A stretch of 64,000 nucleotides of DNA from an uncultured Acidobacteriota bacterium (lineage in GTDB: Bacteria; Acidobacteriota; Vicinamibacteria; Marinacidobacterales; SMYC01), in assembly GCA_947259165.1 (NCBI GenBank), contig CAMYKY010000010.1:34433-98432 (forward strand). Direction: 5' to 3'. The notes under the pieces are model-generated. The model saw only the letters and a program-made list of their open reading frames with translations. It had not been told where the DNA came from and did no database searches. Of the stretch, positions 9,134-20,689 are shown one piece after another; position 1 is the stretch's first letter; every line of letters starts with the position of its first letter. The position numbers and the translations under genes were made by a program.

Positions 9134-12100
9134 ATGAAAGATTCGCCACTCGTCGCCCAGCTGAGCCGCATCGCGTCCGAGCGCATTCTCATCATCGACG
9201 GGGCGATGGGCACGATGATCCAAAGCTACAAGCTGGACGAAGACAGCTTCCGCGGTGACGCCTTTCGCGAGCACTCGATGCCGCTCAAAGGGGCCAACGA
9301 CCTACTCTGCTTGACGCAGCCCAGGATCATCGAGGAAATCCACCAGCGTTTTCTCGACGCGGGCGCCGACGTCATCGAGACGAACACATTCAATGGAACA
9401 TCGATCGCGATGGCGGACTACGGGCTGGAGTCTCAGGTCTATGAAATCAATCGTCAGGCCGCCGTGATCGCGCGTCGCGCCGCTGACGCAGCGACGCAGA
9501 AAACACCCGACCGACCTCGATTCGTCGCCGGCTCGATGGGGCCGACGAACAAGACGGGTTCTATCTCCCCCGATGTCACCAACCCCGCATTCCGCGGCAC
9601 GACCTTCGATGCGTTACGCGATGCGTACTACGAGCAGGTGCGGGGCCTCATCGACGGTGGCGTGGACATCCTTTTGCCGGAGACTGCTTTCGACAGCCTC
9701 AACATGAAAGCAGCGTTGTTCGCGATTCAAGATCTCTTCGAACAACGCGGCGTCATTTTGCCGGTTATCTCTTCTATGACGGTCGTCGACGAGAGCGGGC
9801 GCAACCTGTCAGGGCAAACCCCGGAAGCCTACTGGATCTCGGTCTCGCATGCGCCGTTACTCGCTGTCGGGATCAATTGCGCCCTCGGCCCCTCGACGAT
9901 GCGTCCCTATGTCGAAGAGCTCGCTTCGACGTCAAACGTGCTCGTAAGCTGCGCGCCAAACGCCGGCCTCCCCAACGCTTTTGGCGGCTACGACGAAACC
10001 CCGGAACAAATGGCGCAAACTCTCGGAGAGTTCGCCGCTGAAGGCTGGCTCAACTTCGCCGGAGGTTGCTGCGGCACTACCCCCGAACATATCGAAGCAA
10101 TCGCGGAAAGCGTGCGCCGATACACTCCACACACGCCTTCCCCGTCATCGAGCTTCACACAGCTTTCCGGGCTCGAGCCCCTGACGATCCGGCCCGATTC
10201 CAACTTCATCGTGATTGGCGAGCGAACCAACGTCACGGGCTCTCGCAAGTTTGCGCGTCTCGTCACATCCGGCGCGCTCGAAGATGCACTCGATGTCGCG
10301 AGGGATCAGGTCGAAGGCGGCGCCAATATCCTCGATGTGAACATGGACGAAGGTCTTCTCGACTCCGAGAAAGCAATGACGACCTTTCTCAATCTCGTCA
10401 CCACCGAGCCGGACATCGCCCGGCTTCCCATCATGGTGGACAGCTCCAAGTTCTCCGTAATCGAGGCCGGTCTGAAGTGCCTTCAGGGAAAGAGCATCGT
10501 GAACTCGATCAGCCTCAAAGAAGGCGAAAACGTCTTCACCGCGCAGGCTCGCAAGGTAAGGCAATACGGCGCCGCCGTCGTCGTCATGGCGTTCGATGAG
10601 GAAGGACAAGCGGCCACCACCGATCGCAAAGTGGAAATTTGCAAGCGCGCGTACAAGATTCTCACCGAACAGGTCGGCTTCGCACCACAGGACATCGTGT
10701 TCGATCCCAACGTCCTGACCGTCGCAACGGGCATGGATGAACACAATGATTACGCGTTGGCGTTCATCGACGCGACCAAGCGAATCAAGACAGAGTGCCC
10801 CGGCGCGAAAGTCTCCGGCGGCATTAGCAACTTGTCGTTCTCTTTTCGCGGCAATGACTACGTGCGCGAAGCGATGAACTCGTCGTTTCTTTACTACGCG
10901 ATCCGCGCCGGACTCGACATGGGCATCGTCAACGCCGGACAGCTCGCAGTCTATGACGACGTCGAGCCCGTCTTGCGCGAGCGAATCGAAGACGTCTTGT
11001 TCAACCGCAACTCCGACGCGACCGAAGCTCTGATCGGGTTCGCGGAGGAACAAAAGGGCCCTGGAATCAAGCGAGAGAAGGACGACGCGTGGCGCGAAGC
11101 AACGGTCGAACAGCGACTGTCGCATGCGCTCGTCCGGGGCATCGTTGACCATATCGTGGACGATTCCGAAGAGGCACGGACGAAATACGGCCGCCCATTG
11201 GCCGTTATCGAAGGCCCGCTCATGGATGGGATGAACATCGTGGGGGATCTCTTTGGGGCCGGCAAGATGTTCCTCCCTCAGGTGGTGAAGAGCGCACGGG
11301 TCATGAAAAAGGCCGTGTCCTATCTCGAGCCGTTCATGGAAGAAGAAAAACGCGCTTCGGGAAACACCAGCAGCAAGGCAAAGCTAGTCCTCGCGACCGT
11401 CAAAGGAGACGTTCACGATATCGGCAAAAATATCGTCGGGGTCGTTCTCGCATGCAATGGCTACGAGATTCACGATCTCGGCGTCATGGTCCCCGCCGAA
11501 AAAATCCTGGAAGCCGCGCGTAGCGAGAAAGCGGACTTCATCGGCCTCTCCGGTCTCATTACTCCGTCGCTCGATGAGATGGTACACGTCGCCTCCGAGA
11601 TGCAACGCCAGGGTCTCGAAGTACCTCTGCTAATCGGCGGCGCCACGACATCACGCAAACACACGGCGGTGAAGATTGCGCCGTGCTATCGACACGAAAC
11701 GATTCACGTGCTCGACGCTTCGCGCGCCGTCACCACGGTGAGCGAGCTGTTGAGCGGGGACGCTCGCGCGGATTTTGTCGCCAAAAACCGCGAGGACCAA
11801 GACGTGATGCGACGCGAATACGAGGAGCGCGAGCGAAAACTCCTTCCCTACGAAGCCGCGAAAAGCCAGTCGCTCGCGCTCGAGTGGTGCTCGCAGGACA
11901 TCGCAAAGCCCGATTTTCTCGGAGTCCGCGTTCTCGACTCGGTACCCCTTGCCGAGATCACGGACTACGTCGATTGGACGCCGTTTTTTCATGCCTGGGA
12001 GTTTCGTGGGCTCTACCCGGAGTTGCTCGACAAGCCTGACGCAGGTCCGGCCGCTCGCGAGCTCTTCGACAACGCCCAGAGTCTGGTTCAAGAGCTCATC

Positions 12101-12805
12101 GCGAACGAACAGCTCACGGCGCGAGCCGTCTACGGGTTCTTCCCGGCCAACCGCGACGGGGACGACATCATTATTTATACAGACGACAACCGCGACGTCG
12201 AACGGACACGCCTCCACACGCTTCGCCAGCAGCAGGAAAAACGCAATCAGAACCCCCATCTGGCTCTGGCCGATTTCGTGGCGCCGACGGGTCACGCGGA
12301 CTACATCGGCGCGTTTGTCGTCACTGCCGGAATCGGCACCGACGAGCTCGTCAAACACTACGAGAGCGACCACGATGATTACCACGCCATCATGGTCAAA
12401 GCTCTCGCGGATCGTTTCGCCGAAGCGCTCGCAGAGAAAATCCATGAGCAGGCGCGCCGCGACTCGGGGTTCGGCAAGGAGGAGAAACTCGAGAAGCAGG
12501 ATTTGATCCGCGAGCGCTATCGAGGTATTCGACCCGCACCCGGCTATCCTGCTTTGCCCGATCACAGCGAGAAGGCAACGTTGTTTGCGCTACTCGACGC
12601 GGAAAAAAACGTCGGTGTCACTCTGACCGAGAACTTTGCGATGCTTCCAGCCGCTTCAGTCAGCGGTTTGTACTTCAATCATCCTCGAGCGAAGTACTTC
12701 AGCGTTGGTAAGATCGGACGCGACCAGGCCGAGGACTACGCCGCACGGAAAAACGTGCCGCGCACCGAGATCGAACGCTGGATCCGATCGAACGTCGGCT
12801 ACTGA
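9134..12805 (+). CDS. metH: Cobalamin-dependent methionine synthase
   Basis: [26 protein letters not shown]12 motif DVHDIGKN...SGL and a C-terminal reactivation domain (RPAPGYP). Confidence 0.98.
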   Translation: MKDSPLVAQLSRIASERILIIDGAMGTMIQSYKLDEDSFRGDAFREHSMPLKGANDLLCLTQPRIIEEIHQRFLDAGADVIETNTFNGTSIAMADYGLESQVYEINRQAAVIARRAADAATQKTPDRPRFVAGSMGPTNKTGSISPDVTNPAFRGTTFDALRDAYYEQVRGLIDGGVDILLPETAFDSLNMKAALFAIQDLFEQRGVILPVISSMTVVDESGRNLSGQTPEAYWISVSHAPLLAVGINCALGPSTMRPYVEELASTSNVLVSCAPNAGLPNAFGGYDETPEQMAQTLGEFAAEGWLNFAGGCCGTTPEHIEAIAESVRRYTPHTPSPSSSFTQLSGLEPLTIRPDSNFIVIGERTNVTGSRKFARLVTSGALEDALDVARDQVEGGANILDVNMDEGLLDSEKAMTTFLNLVTTEPDIARLPIMVDSSKFSVIEAGLKCLQGKSIVNSISLKEGENVFTAQARKVRQYGAAVVVMAFDEEGQAATTDRKVEICKRAYKILTEQVGFAPQDIVFDPNVLTVATGMDEHNDYALAFIDATKRIKTECPGAKVSGGISNLSFSFRGNDYVREAMNSSFLYYAIRAGLDMGIVNAGQLAVYDDVEPVLRERIEDVLFNRNSDATEALIGFAEEQKGPGIKREKDDAWREATVEQRLSHALVRGIVDHIVDDSEEARTKYGRPLAVIEGPLMDGMNIVGDLFGAGKMFLPQVVKSARVMKKAVSYLEPFMEEEKRASGNTSSKAKLVLATVKGDVHDIGKNIVGVVLACNGYEIHDLGVMVPAEKILEAARSEKADFIGLSGLITPSLDEMVHVASEMQRQGLEVPLLIGGATTSRKHTAVKIAPCYRHETIHVLDASRAVTTVSELLSGDARADFVAKNREDQDVMRREYEERERKLLPYEAAKSQSLALEWCSQDIAKPDFLGVRVLDSVPLAEITDYVDWTPFFHAWEFRGLYPELLDKPDAGPAARELFDNAQSLVQELIANEQLTARAVYGFFPANRDGDDIIIYTDDNRDVERTRLHTLRQQQEKRNQNPHLALADFVAPTGHADYIGAFVVTAGIGTDELVKHYESDHDDYHAIMVKALADRFAEALAEKIHEQARRDSGFGKEEKLEKQDLIRERYRGIRPAPGYPALPDHSEKATLFALLDAEKNVGVTLTENFAMLPAASVSGLYFNHPRAKYFSVGKIGRDQAEDYAARKNVPRTEIERWIRSNVGY

Positions 12806-12827
12806 GCTAATAACGGCTTTGACACGG

Positions 12828-13020
12828 AGTCTCATTCGGCTATCGGCTATCGGCATCCGGTTGATGCTCGGTTGACGAGAGTCTTTTTTCCACACACCTG
12901 AGCTCGATAAACAATCTTGGCCTTCCCGAAGGCTTGCGCGCCGCGTCGAGGCGCAGTCGCTGGGGCCGGCAAATAAATCCGGACCGAGCAGTAACCGAAT
13001 GCCGATAGCCGAATGAGACT
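12828..13020. repeat. Heptamer (TATCGGC) inverted-repeat element between convergent genes
   Basis: AGTCTCATTCGGCTATCGGC...ATCCGGTTGATGCTCGGT pairs with ACCGAGCAGTAACCGAATGCCGATAGCCGAATGAGACT. Confidence 0.7.
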
Positions 13021-13035
13021 GAGCTGAAAAGGTTG

Positions 13036-13773
13036 TCACCAGAGTACAACGCAGCGGTGGAGCATCACGTCGCTCGCTGATTTCCCTCGGACCTGACCGA
13101 GAAAGTGGATCGGCTGCCAGTCGCGTAGACTCTGAAACTCGGGACGGGCGAGCCGACACTCCACGAAAGAAAGCTCGTAGTCAGTCGCGAGCAGAAGAGG
13201 GTCGTGGACGTAGGGGTTTTGTTCAACGAGCTTGAACCCGTCGGCAAAATCCCTCATGTTATGGGGTGCCACCGTTCCCGAGAATACCGCGAGCCGGCCT
13301 TTGTACTCTGCGTCGGCCTCGGCTTCGGAGTTCGGGAAAAGGTAGTCCGCGTAAAGCTCCGCCACGTTGACGTGCAGAGTCCTCCCTCGCCTCACGAGCT
13401 CGACCGCCCCCTCCCGCAACGCGCGGAGTGACATAGCGCTCGGTGCCTCTTCGAACGCCTTCACGAGTGACGCGAGCCGCGCGTGAGCCTCGGCGGCGTC
13501 CGACTCATCGAGCTCAGCGCGCAAGACGGCTGCGGCCTCGAGCTCGACGTCGGTTAGAAACGGCGGGATCGGAGGCGGCAGTCCTCGCGTGTCCGGCGCC
13601 GGTCGTTGGGTAAAGCCTTGCCGAAGCGGGTTACTCTCGATCGGAGAGCCGACAGGAGGCTCTTTCGCGTTCTCCGGTGCAGCCACGACCGGCGATGCCT
13701 CCGGCGCCGGTTCCTCGGGCCCACCACACGCGATCATCGCCCCACACAGCAACAGGATCGCCTGTCTCATCAT
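13036..13773 (-). CDS. Putative lipoprotein with OB-fold (tRNA_anti-like) domain
   Basis: Lipobox-like MIAC; V..AELYADY....EAEADAEYKGR....SGTV and a terminal L.RC resemble the tRNA_anti-like family. Confidence 0.55.
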   Translation of the reverse strand: MMRQAILLLCGAMIACGGPEEPAPEASPVVAAPENAKEPPVGSPIESNPLRQGFTQRPAPDTRGLPPPIPPFLTDVELEAAAVLRAELDESDAAEAHARLASLVKAFEEAPSAMSLRALREGAVELVRRGRTLHVNVAELYADYLFPNSEAEADAEYKGRLAVFSGTVAPHNMRDFADGFKLVEQNPYVHDPLLLATDYELSFVECRLARPEFQSLRDWQPIHFLGQVRGKSASDVMLHRCVVLW

Positions 13774-13949
13774 CGATTCTTTGCTCGCCACTCCGCGACG
13801 GCGCGGTAGCCGCCGCCGAGACTAGCACACTCGCGCGAGCATCCCCGACGACAGCAACGACTTTGACGGGATGGCCTTTGCGCCAAGACTGGCGCCAAAG
13901 GTTTTCGTTTTCAAATCGGTACCGTACAATTATCTTGGGGGAATTCTTC

Positions 13950-14375
13950 TTGAAGAAACTCTTGTGGCTTCTTGCCTTCGTCGTGATGGCGACGGCCGTG
14001 AAAGACATCGTTGGCTACTTCGGCCCAATGGCGGCGGCGTTTCGAGCCTATCGAGACGAGGCCGAGACGCTCGAGCTCGCGCGCGCGAAAGCGAAGTCGT
14101 TCGGAGACATCGAAGGTTATATCGTTGACGCAAGCTACCACTTGGACACGGCGGAGCCCGCCGGCGACAACGAAGTCCGCCTCACGGTCGTCGAAGCAAT
14201 CCAGTTCCAGCGCATGAGCGAAATGAAGCCCTTCGGCAATCGGAGAGTGGCCCAGACTCGCCAGTACGTGCTGATGCGTCACGTCGACGGCCGGTGGGTA
14301 CTGTCCCACATCGAAGAAGACGCCACCGAAGTCGTCGAACTCTCTCAAGTTGTCGAACAGCTCGACGACAAGTAG
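13950..14375 (+). CDS. Hypothetical secreted/membrane-anchored protein
   Basis: TTG start with a hydrophobic N-terminus (MKKLLWLLAFVV); coding-like composition. Confidence 0.6.
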   Translation: MKKLLWLLAFVVMATAVKDIVGYFGPMAAAFRAYRDEAETLELARAKAKSFGDIEGYIVDASYHLDTAEPAGDNEVRLTVVEAIQFQRMSEMKPFGNRRVAQTRQYVLMRHVDGRWVLSHIEEDATEVVELSQVVEQLDDK

Positions 14376-14421
14376 CGACGGAATCTCTTGTGGTAGTCTT
14401 CGGGCGGAGCGGAACGGAAAC

Positions 14422-14832
14422 ATGAAGAGAATGACACTATGTCTAGGTTTGGTGGGGCTTCTGGCCATGGCGTGGTCGATATCGGCACAGGAGGAGGCCA
14501 CCACGGTTCAATCCGGCGTGTTTTCCGAAGAACAAGCGGGACGCGGTGAGCAGCTCTTCGGCGAAGCCTGCCTGGTCTGCCACCAGCCCGAAGAGTTCGC
14601 CACCGGTGGCTACATGGACGGATGGAGCGGCATGAGCGTGAACGATTTTGTGGAGTTCGTGCGCTCGACCATGCCGGAGGACAACCCCGGTCGTCTCAAA
14701 CGCGAAGAATACATCGACATCATCGCGTTCGTCTTTCAGCAAAACGGGCTTCCGGCGGGAGAGACCGAAATGGAGCGAGCGGGGCTCAAGGACATTCAGA
14801 TCGAAGGCCCCTTCGGCGAGTCCGCCCAGTAG
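14422..14832 (+). CDS. Periplasmic monoheme cytochrome c
   Basis: Signal peptide, CLVCH heme motif and TMP (axial Met). Confidence 0.85.
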   Translation: MKRMTLCLGLVGLLAMAWSISAQEEATTVQSGVFSEEQAGRGEQLFGEACLVCHQPEEFATGGYMDGWSGMSVNDFVEFVRSTMPEDNPGRLKREEYIDIIAFVFQQNGLPAGETEMERAGLKDIQIEGPFGESAQ

Positions 14833-15092
14833 ATTCGTCCGACACGTGGGCTCGAGCCGCACCCAGGCTCGAGCCAATGTGCAACTACCGATTGAGAAAC
14901 GCTCCAGCACAGCTCTTCGGGGCCTCCGACCGAGACCTTGACAACCTCGTTGCCTTCGCCCTAATCTCGCCCCGAAACGAGTGCGGTCGGGGTCCGGCGG
15001 GATGTTTCAAACTCAACGCCGTATTTACCTGCAAGCTTACGGACTGATCCGTGGCGCACGGCGCGAGCCTGGCGTCATTGGAGGGAGGTAAC

Positions 15093-15533
15093 ATGGGATT
15101 GTTGGACTTTGTTTCAAGTGTTGGCGAGAACTTGTTCGGAGGAGGGGTCGAATCCGATCAAGAACGCTCGGCCAAATTGGAGAACCACGTTCGAAAACTC
15201 GGTCTCGAAGTGCAGCAGCTCAAGATCGATGTGAACAAGGACGTCGCCACGGTGTCAGGTCGGGTCGAGGCCCAGGCCGAGCGGGAGAAGATCCTCCTCG
15301 CTGTCGGGAACACCGAAGGGATCGCCCGAGTCGACGACCAGGTCGAGGTCGTGACGCCCGAGCCGGAGGCGAAGTACTACACCGTGGTCAAAGGAGATTC
15401 TCTCTCCAAGATCGCGAAAGAGGTCTACGGTGACGCGATGCAGTACCCCGTCATCTTCGAGGCGAACAAACCGATGTTAACCAACCCCGACCTGATCTAT
15501 CCCGGTCAAGTTCTGCGCATCCCTAATAAATAG
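15093..15533 (+). CDS. BON-LysM protein (Kbp/YgaU-like)
   Basis: MGLLDFV..VGE, a BON domain and LysM (YTVVKGDSLSKIAK...IYPGQVLRIP); GGAGG RBS. Confidence 0.9.
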   Translation: MGLLDFVSSVGENLFGGGVESDQERSAKLENHVRKLGLEVQQLKIDVNKDVATVSGRVEAQAEREKILLAVGNTEGIARVDDQVEVVTPEPEAKYYTVVKGDSLSKIAKEVYGDAMQYPVIFEANKPMLTNPDLIYPGQVLRIPNK

Positions 15534-15560
15534 TCACGCCGACAGAGTCGGCGTATCAAG

Positions 15561-15895
15561 CACCCCTCTCCCCCCGAATGGGGGGAGAGGCCTGGGTGAG
15601 GGGGATGTACACGCGTTGCACCGTGCACCTGCACCCGTTGTACCCGTGCCCCCGATCTCGGACCCCATTGGGCAGAGCCCCAGACTGAGCAGCTGTGGTT
15701 CGCGATTCGAGTTCTTCGAATGCAGGCGTTGTGCCAGCGCGGATAGAGTCGATTTCTTTGGTTTTCAGCGTCATCACTCGCCTTCGAGCAACGCCCCCTA
15801 ACCCGATGGCGCTGCGCGCCATCGACCTCTCCCCCCTTTTGGGGGAGAGATTAATCAAAATCAACAACCTCTCCCCCAAAAGGCGGAGAGGGCCT
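15561..15895. repeat. CCCTCTCCC...GGGAGAGG / GGGTGAGGGG-type palindromic repeat cluster
   Basis: Three CCTCTCCC-N-GGAGAG hairpins plus GGGTGAGGGG and CCCCCTAACCC motifs between convergent genes; similar unit at 60184-60240. Confidence 0.65.
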
Positions 15896-15940
15896 CTTGG
15901 TTAGCCTCTTCCGTCACAGTGCTCACCGACACGCCACACC

Positions 15941-17449
15941 CTAGACCCAATCGAGGGTGCGCTGCACCGCCTTGCGCCAGCCTGCGTAGAGTCGTTCCCG
16001 CTCGTCCGACTCCATCCGCGGAGTCCACTCCTGATCCGCGGCCCAGTTTTCCCGGAGCTCGGCCTCGTTCGACCAAAACCCAACGGCGCGTCCGGCTGCG
16101 TAGGCAGCTCCGAGTGACGTCGTTTCATTTACCCGCGGTCGCACGACCGGCACATCGAGCATATCGGCTTGGAACTGCATGAGAAGATTGTTGACGACCA
16201 TACCGCCATCGACCTTCAGGGACGTCAACTCGACGCCCGAGTCCTTGTGCATTGCGTCCAGCACTTCCTTCGTCTGATACGCCGTGGCCTCGAGACTCGC
16301 TCGCGCGATGTGCTCCTTGCGAATGAAGCGCGTCAGCCCAACCATGACCCCGCGAGCATCGCTGCGCCAGTGGGGCGCAAACAGACCCGAAAAAGCGGGA
16401 ACGAGGTACATCCCGCCATTGTCATCGACGTGATTCGCTAGCTTCTCGACTTCGGGAGCGGACGCGATCAAACCCAGATTGTCGCGTAGCCACTGAACCA
16501 AAGCCCCAGCGATGGCGACCGAACCCTCGAGCGCGTAGACCGTGGGCTCAGACCCGATCCGATAGGCGACGGTGGTGAGAAGTCCGGAATTCGATGGAAC
16601 CACCTCGGTGCCGGTATTCAGCAGGAGGAAGCACCCGGTACCGTAAGTGTTCTTGGCCTCGCCAGCGTTGAAGCACGTCTGACCGTACAGAGCGGCCTGC
16701 TGGTCCCCGAGGTCACCGCAAACGGGAATAGCCCTGCCGAACGCGCCTCGTTTCGACGTGGTCCCGTACAACGCCGGATCGGAAGAGGGGCGAATCTCGG
16801 GCAGCATGGCCGCCGGAATTCCCATGACGTCGAGAATCTCGGAGTCCCAATCGAGGGAGCTCAGACTCATGAGCTGAGTGCGGCTCGCGTTCGTCACGTC
16901 GGTGACGTGCGCCCCCCCGGACACGCCTCCCGTCAGATTCCAAATGAGCCATGTGTCCATGTTGCCGAAGAGGGCGTCTCCCCGTGCAGCGGCCTCCCGC
17001 ACCTCCGGCACTTCGTCAAGAAGCCATCGGATTTTGGGCCCGGAAAAGTACGTGGAGAGCGGCAGACCGGTGGTGGCACGAAACCGGTCCTGACCTCCAT
17101 CGCGCGTCAGCTCCCGACAAATCCCGTCAGTGCGCGTGTCCTGCCACACAATCGCCGGATGAAGCGGCTTTCCGGACTTTTTGTCCCAGACAACCGTGGT
17201 CTCCCGCTGGTTCGTTATCCCGACGGCCGCGATCCCTTCACCTTGAATGCCCGCCTGCTCGAGCGTGCGCCGGATGACAATCTGCGTCCGGTCCCAGATC
17301 TCGTCGGGGTCGTGCTCCACCCAGCCCGGCTTCGGATAGATCTGCTCGTGTTCGAGCTGGTGCGAGGCGACCACTTCACCACTATGGTTGACCAAAAGGC
17401 AGCGAGTGCTGGTCGTCCCCTGGTCCAATGCTGCTACGACGTCAGCCAC
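15941..17449 (-). CDS. glpK: Glycerol kinase
   Basis: [36 protein letters not shown] and LKVDGG; GTG start after GGAGG. Confidence 0.97.
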   Translation of the reverse strand: MADVVAALDQGTTSTRCLLVNHSGEVVASHQLEHEQIYPKPGWVEHDPDEIWDRTQIVIRRTLEQAGIQGEGIAAVGITNQRETTVVWDKKSGKPLHPAIVWQDTRTDGICRELTRDGGQDRFRATTGLPLSTYFSGPKIRWLLDEVPEVREAAARGDALFGNMDTWLIWNLTGGVSGGAHVTDVTNASRTQLMSLSSLDWDSEILDVMGIPAAMLPEIRPSSDPALYGTTSKRGAFGRAIPVCGDLGDQQAALYGQTCFNAGEAKNTYGTGCFLLLNTGTEVVPSNSGLLTTVAYRIGSEPTVYALEGSVAIAGALVQWLRDNLGLIASAPEVEKLANHVDDNGGMYLVPAFSGLFAPHWRSDARGVMVGLTRFIRKEHIARASLEATAYQTKEVLDAMHKDSGVELTSLKVDGGMVVNNLLMQFQADMLDVPVVRPRVNETTSLGAAYAAGRAVGFWSNEAELRENWAADQEWTPRMESDERERLYAGWRKAVQRTLDWV

Positions 17450-17558
17450 ATCAACCTCCATAAGTATCTATTTATCAGCAACTTAGATATTATCACTTGT
17501 TCACAGCCTCATGCAAACCAGAGTTAAAGTAAAATCTCAGGAAACAGCATTAAACCTC

Positions 17559-17587
17559 TTGCAATATAGAGATCTCCGTTGTAGAGT
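17559..17587 (+). promoter_or_regulatory. Putative sigma70 promoter
   Basis: TTGCAA-N17-TAGAGT in the AT-rich divergent intergenic region upstream of 17680. Confidence 0.45.
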
Positions 17588-17679
17588 TTTTCATGGAATG
17601 GGGGTCGCACTTCTCGAGAGACTTCATGCGCGGCTTTCCTTTCCGAAGGGCAATTCACTCCAAGGACGAGGTTAATTGA

Positions 17680-18786
17680 ATGGGCCAGGGATTACAGCTT
17701 AGGCTTCTCACGACGGGACTCCTGGCCCTCCCTTTTCTCATCGGCGGGTGCAAGCTCGAAGAAGCTCTACTTCCCACGGACCCAACCGGCGCCGACGCGG
17801 TCTCGGGCGACGGCGTCGGGGTCTTCGCCACGACTTCAGGAAGCGACATTACAGCGCCCATTATCTCGAATCCGCTCTCAGGGAGCACCGTTTCGGAACC
17901 GCAGCCCAATTTGAGCGTTCTCAATTCGGCGCAAAACAGCACCAGCGCCCGAAGCTACCTTTTCCAAGTCTCGAACGAGTCGAGTTTTGCCAGCCTGGAA
18001 GCCCAGTCGGCACAGGTTCCCGAGGGGCAAAATGGCAGCACCTCGTGGACCGTCGACTCGCCCCTCTCGGATGGACGTTATTTTTGGCGCGTTAGAAGCC
18101 GCTCCGGCACCGTCGACAGCCCATTCTCCTCGACGGCCGACTTCACGATCGGCAACGGAGGCGGCCCACCGCCCCCGAACAACCCGCCCCCGAACAACCC
18201 GGCTCCGTCACCCGCAGCCGGCACCGTCGTTTTCGACCCGCTGATCGGCGGCAGCATCGGACAGGTCGCAGGCGGCCAGTTCACCGCCTCGGGATGGCAG
18301 GTCACGAGTCCTGGTAACTTCATCCGCTACGAAGTCCCAGCGATGGCCAAAGGGTGGGTCGAGTTCGACACCAGCGGCCTCAAGGAGATCAATTCGTCTC
18401 CGGACCAGTTCATGCTCTTCGGGATGTGGGACCCATCTGCGGGCCCGTATCGCGCCAACCCGTTTCGGGTACACCTGCAAAAGCTCCACCCGAACCCCCA
18501 TAACCCGCCGTATCTCAGGCTGCGCTGGATCGCCAACGGCGAGCAGCACGACGAAGGTAACAACTTCCTCGACTGGAACCCGTCACGAACTTATCACTGG
18601 CGTCTCGAGTGGGGCCCCGGTGGCGGCGGGAACACCGCCCGGGTCTATCTCGACGGCCAACTCATGATCACCGTGAACTACAACCGAGCGTACCGGCCGA
18701 ACGTGCTCTACATCGAGCTCGGCATCGGCGAGCGCGGCGAATCTATCGTAGGAGCCAAGTACTCGAACCTACAGATTGGAAATTAG
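17680..18786 (+). CDS. Hypothetical lipoprotein (Ig/Fn3-like domain, Pro-rich linker, beta-rich C-terminal domain)
   Basis: Lipobox IGGC; Y.FQVS....F and YFWRVR are Fn3-like; PPPPNNPPP linker. Confidence 0.65.
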   Translation: MGQGLQLRLLTTGLLALPFLIGGCKLEEALLPTDPTGADAVSGDGVGVFATTSGSDITAPIISNPLSGSTVSEPQPNLSVLNSAQNSTSARSYLFQVSNESSFASLEAQSAQVPEGQNGSTSWTVDSPLSDGRYFWRVRSRSGTVDSPFSSTADFTIGNGGGPPPPNNPPPNNPAPSPAAGTVVFDPLIGGSIGQVAGGQFTASGWQVTSPGNFIRYEVPAMAKGWVEFDTSGLKEINSSPDQFMLFGMWDPSAGPYRANPFRVHLQKLHPNPHNPPYLRLRWIANGEQHDEGNNFLDWNPSRTYHWRLEWGPGGGGNTARVYLDGQLMITVNYNRAYRPNVLYIELGIGERGESIVGAKYSNLQIGN

Positions 18787-18792
18787 AGTTTT

Positions 18793-18928
18793 GAACAGCC
18801 TCGGGTCCGAGACGACCCCCTCGGCCCGACTAGCCTCCCCTGAGGTCTCGTCCTTCTCACCGAGACTTCCGGGGAGGCCCTCCCTCCTGTAGCGGGCGTC
18901 GTCTCCTCGAGGCGCCCGCGCTTGTTTC
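18793..18928. other. Long interrupted hairpin (candidate structured RNA)
   Basis: Nested pairs GCCTCG/CGAGGC, GAGACGAC/GTCGTCTC, GCCTCCCC/GGGGAGGC and AGGTCTCG/CGAGACTT, with an internal bubble. Confidence 0.4.
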
Positions 18929-18972
18929 GGACAACTCCTTCGGCTTCATGTTCCATCGTGCACGGCGATGCA

Positions 18973-19089
18973 GTCAAAGGCAAAGAGAGACGGGGATAGG
19001 AGGGGATGTGGGGATAAGACAAGCTCTGTGCAACGCCCCATCTCCAAACTTCGGATCATGTCCATCCCCTAATCCCCTTTGCCTTTGAC
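18973..19089. repeat. GGGGAT-type element with 13-bp terminal inverted repeats
   Basis: GTCAAAGGCAAAG (18973-18985) / CTTTGCCTTTGAC (19077-19089); internal GGGGAT / ATCCCC repeats. Confidence 0.7.
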
Positions 19090-19178
19090 GACCTCCCAGT
19101 CAGCCGTGACGGCGGGCCGTTGGCGACGGAAATGAGAGTCTCGTATACTAAGTCTTTGAAAACGAGTCACATCGTGTC

Positions 19179-20666
19179 ATGAGTAGCGCTAGCCTAGTCA
19201 GCGATCAGGAACAGACACAGGGCGACCGGAAGACCCTGGTCGTTCTCGTCGATGACGACCGTAATCTGTGCGATCTCGTCGAGCGGTTCCTCGAGCGGGC
19301 TGGGCACCGCGTCATCATCTTTCATGAAGGTGAGAGCTTCCTGGCGGCACTCGGTGCCATGATGCCGGACGCCATTTGCCTCGATCTGAGCATGCCCGGC
19401 ATCGGAGGCTTGGAGACACTCGAGCTCATCAAAGAACGACAGTCGCAATTGCCGGTCATCATCCTGACCGCTGATCACACGGTCGACAGTGTGGTTGGGG
19501 CAATGCAACGCGGAGCCTACGACTACATCGTCAAGCCGATCGACAGGACCAAGCTCATCACCACGGTCGGCAACGCCGTGGAGCACTACCGCATGTCGAT
19601 GCGGTTGCGGCAGCTCGAGCGCGAGGTCGAAGGCGACGGGTACAAAAACATCGTCGGCGAGTCACCTCCGATGAAGGAGCTGTTTCGCCAAATGGACCGT
19701 GTCGCGGCGAGCGATATCACGATCCTCGTTCACGGCGAGAGCGGCAGTGGCAAAGAGCTCGTCGCGCAGGCGATCTACGAGTCGAGCGGACGCAAGTCCG
19801 GCCCATTTGTTGCGCTGAACTGCGCCGCAATCCCCGAGACACTGCAGGAGTCGGAAATCTTTGGGCACGAAAAGGGCGCGTTTACGGGCGCCGTCACCCG
19901 CCATATCGGCAAGTTCGAGCAAGCCGACGGCGGTTGCTTGTTTATGGACGAAGTCGCAGAGCTGAGCTTGACGCTCCAAGCAAAGCTCCTGCGTGCCATC
20001 CAGGAGAAACGATTCCACCGCGTCGGCGGATCCACACAGGTGCGCTCCGATTTTCGCCTTATCGCGGCCACTCACCGAAACCTTCTCGAAGAAGTGAAAC
20101 GGGGCCGCTTCCGCGAGGATCTCTACTTCCGAATCGCGGTGTTCGAGCTGGAGGTCCCGCCGTTGCGCGCGCGCGGTGACGACGTACTTCGCCTCGCCGA
20201 ACGATTCCTCGAGCAGTACAAAGCCAAGGGTCAACCTCGGCCCCGCCTCGCCCATGAGGTCATCAACCTTCTGAAGGGCTACGGCTGGCCCGGCAATGTG
20301 CGAGAGCTCGAGAACATCATGCAACGTTGTCTGTTGATCGCCAAAGGAAACATCATCGAGCCCGACGACCTTCCGCCGCGGCTTTCGAATGCGTCGGTGT
20401 CGGGGGACACACCCTCCCCGGAGCTCGACGCACGATCGACGAGCTCGACGGCATCAGCGGCGGTTGGCACTCACCAGTCCTCCGCACCCTCCGCACCCTC
20501 CGCCTCGTCGCACCTCGACACGCTCGACCTCAAGCAGCTCGAACGCCGTGCGATCGAGCAAGCCCTCGTAGAAGCGAACGGAAATCTTTCTCAGGTCGTG
20601 CGCATCCTGGGCATCGGCCGAACGACCCTTTACCGAAAACTCAAAGCCCACAAGCTCCGAGAATAG
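19179..20666 (+). CDS. Sigma54-dependent response regulator (NtrC/AtoC family)
   Basis: REC domain, GESGSGKE, GAFTGA, WPGNVRELEN and a Fis-type HTH. Confidence 0.95.
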   Translation: MSSASLVSDQEQTQGDRKTLVVLVDDDRNLCDLVERFLERAGHRVIIFHEGESFLAALGAMMPDAICLDLSMPGIGGLETLELIKERQSQLPVIILTADHTVDSVVGAMQRGAYDYIVKPIDRTKLITTVGNAVEHYRMSMRLRQLEREVEGDGYKNIVGESPPMKELFRQMDRVAASDITILVHGESGSGKELVAQAIYESSGRKSGPFVALNCAAIPETLQESEIFGHEKGAFTGAVTRHIGKFEQADGGCLFMDEVAELSLTLQAKLLRAIQEKRFHRVGGSTQVRSDFRLIAATHRNLLEEVKRGRFREDLYFRIAVFELEVPPLRARGDDVLRLAERFLEQYKAKGQPRPRLAHEVINLLKGYGWPGNVRELENIMQRCLLIAKGNIIEPDDLPPRLSNASVSGDTPSPELDARSTSSTASAAVGTHQSSAPSAPSASSHLDTLDLKQLERRAIEQALVEANGNLSQVVRILGIGRTTLYRKLKAHKLRE

Positions 20667-20689
20667 CCCCCCGCCGCGGGGACCTCGAC

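Noticed and set aside
8841..9134. SAM or cobalamin riboswitch upstream of metH
   Set aside because: No recognisable conserved riboswitch core; the visible structure is explained by the CACGGAG-type inverted repeat.
14885..15050. Possible small gene or fragment between the cytochrome c and BON-LysM genes
   Set aside because: Only short ORFs without RBS or convincing motifs.
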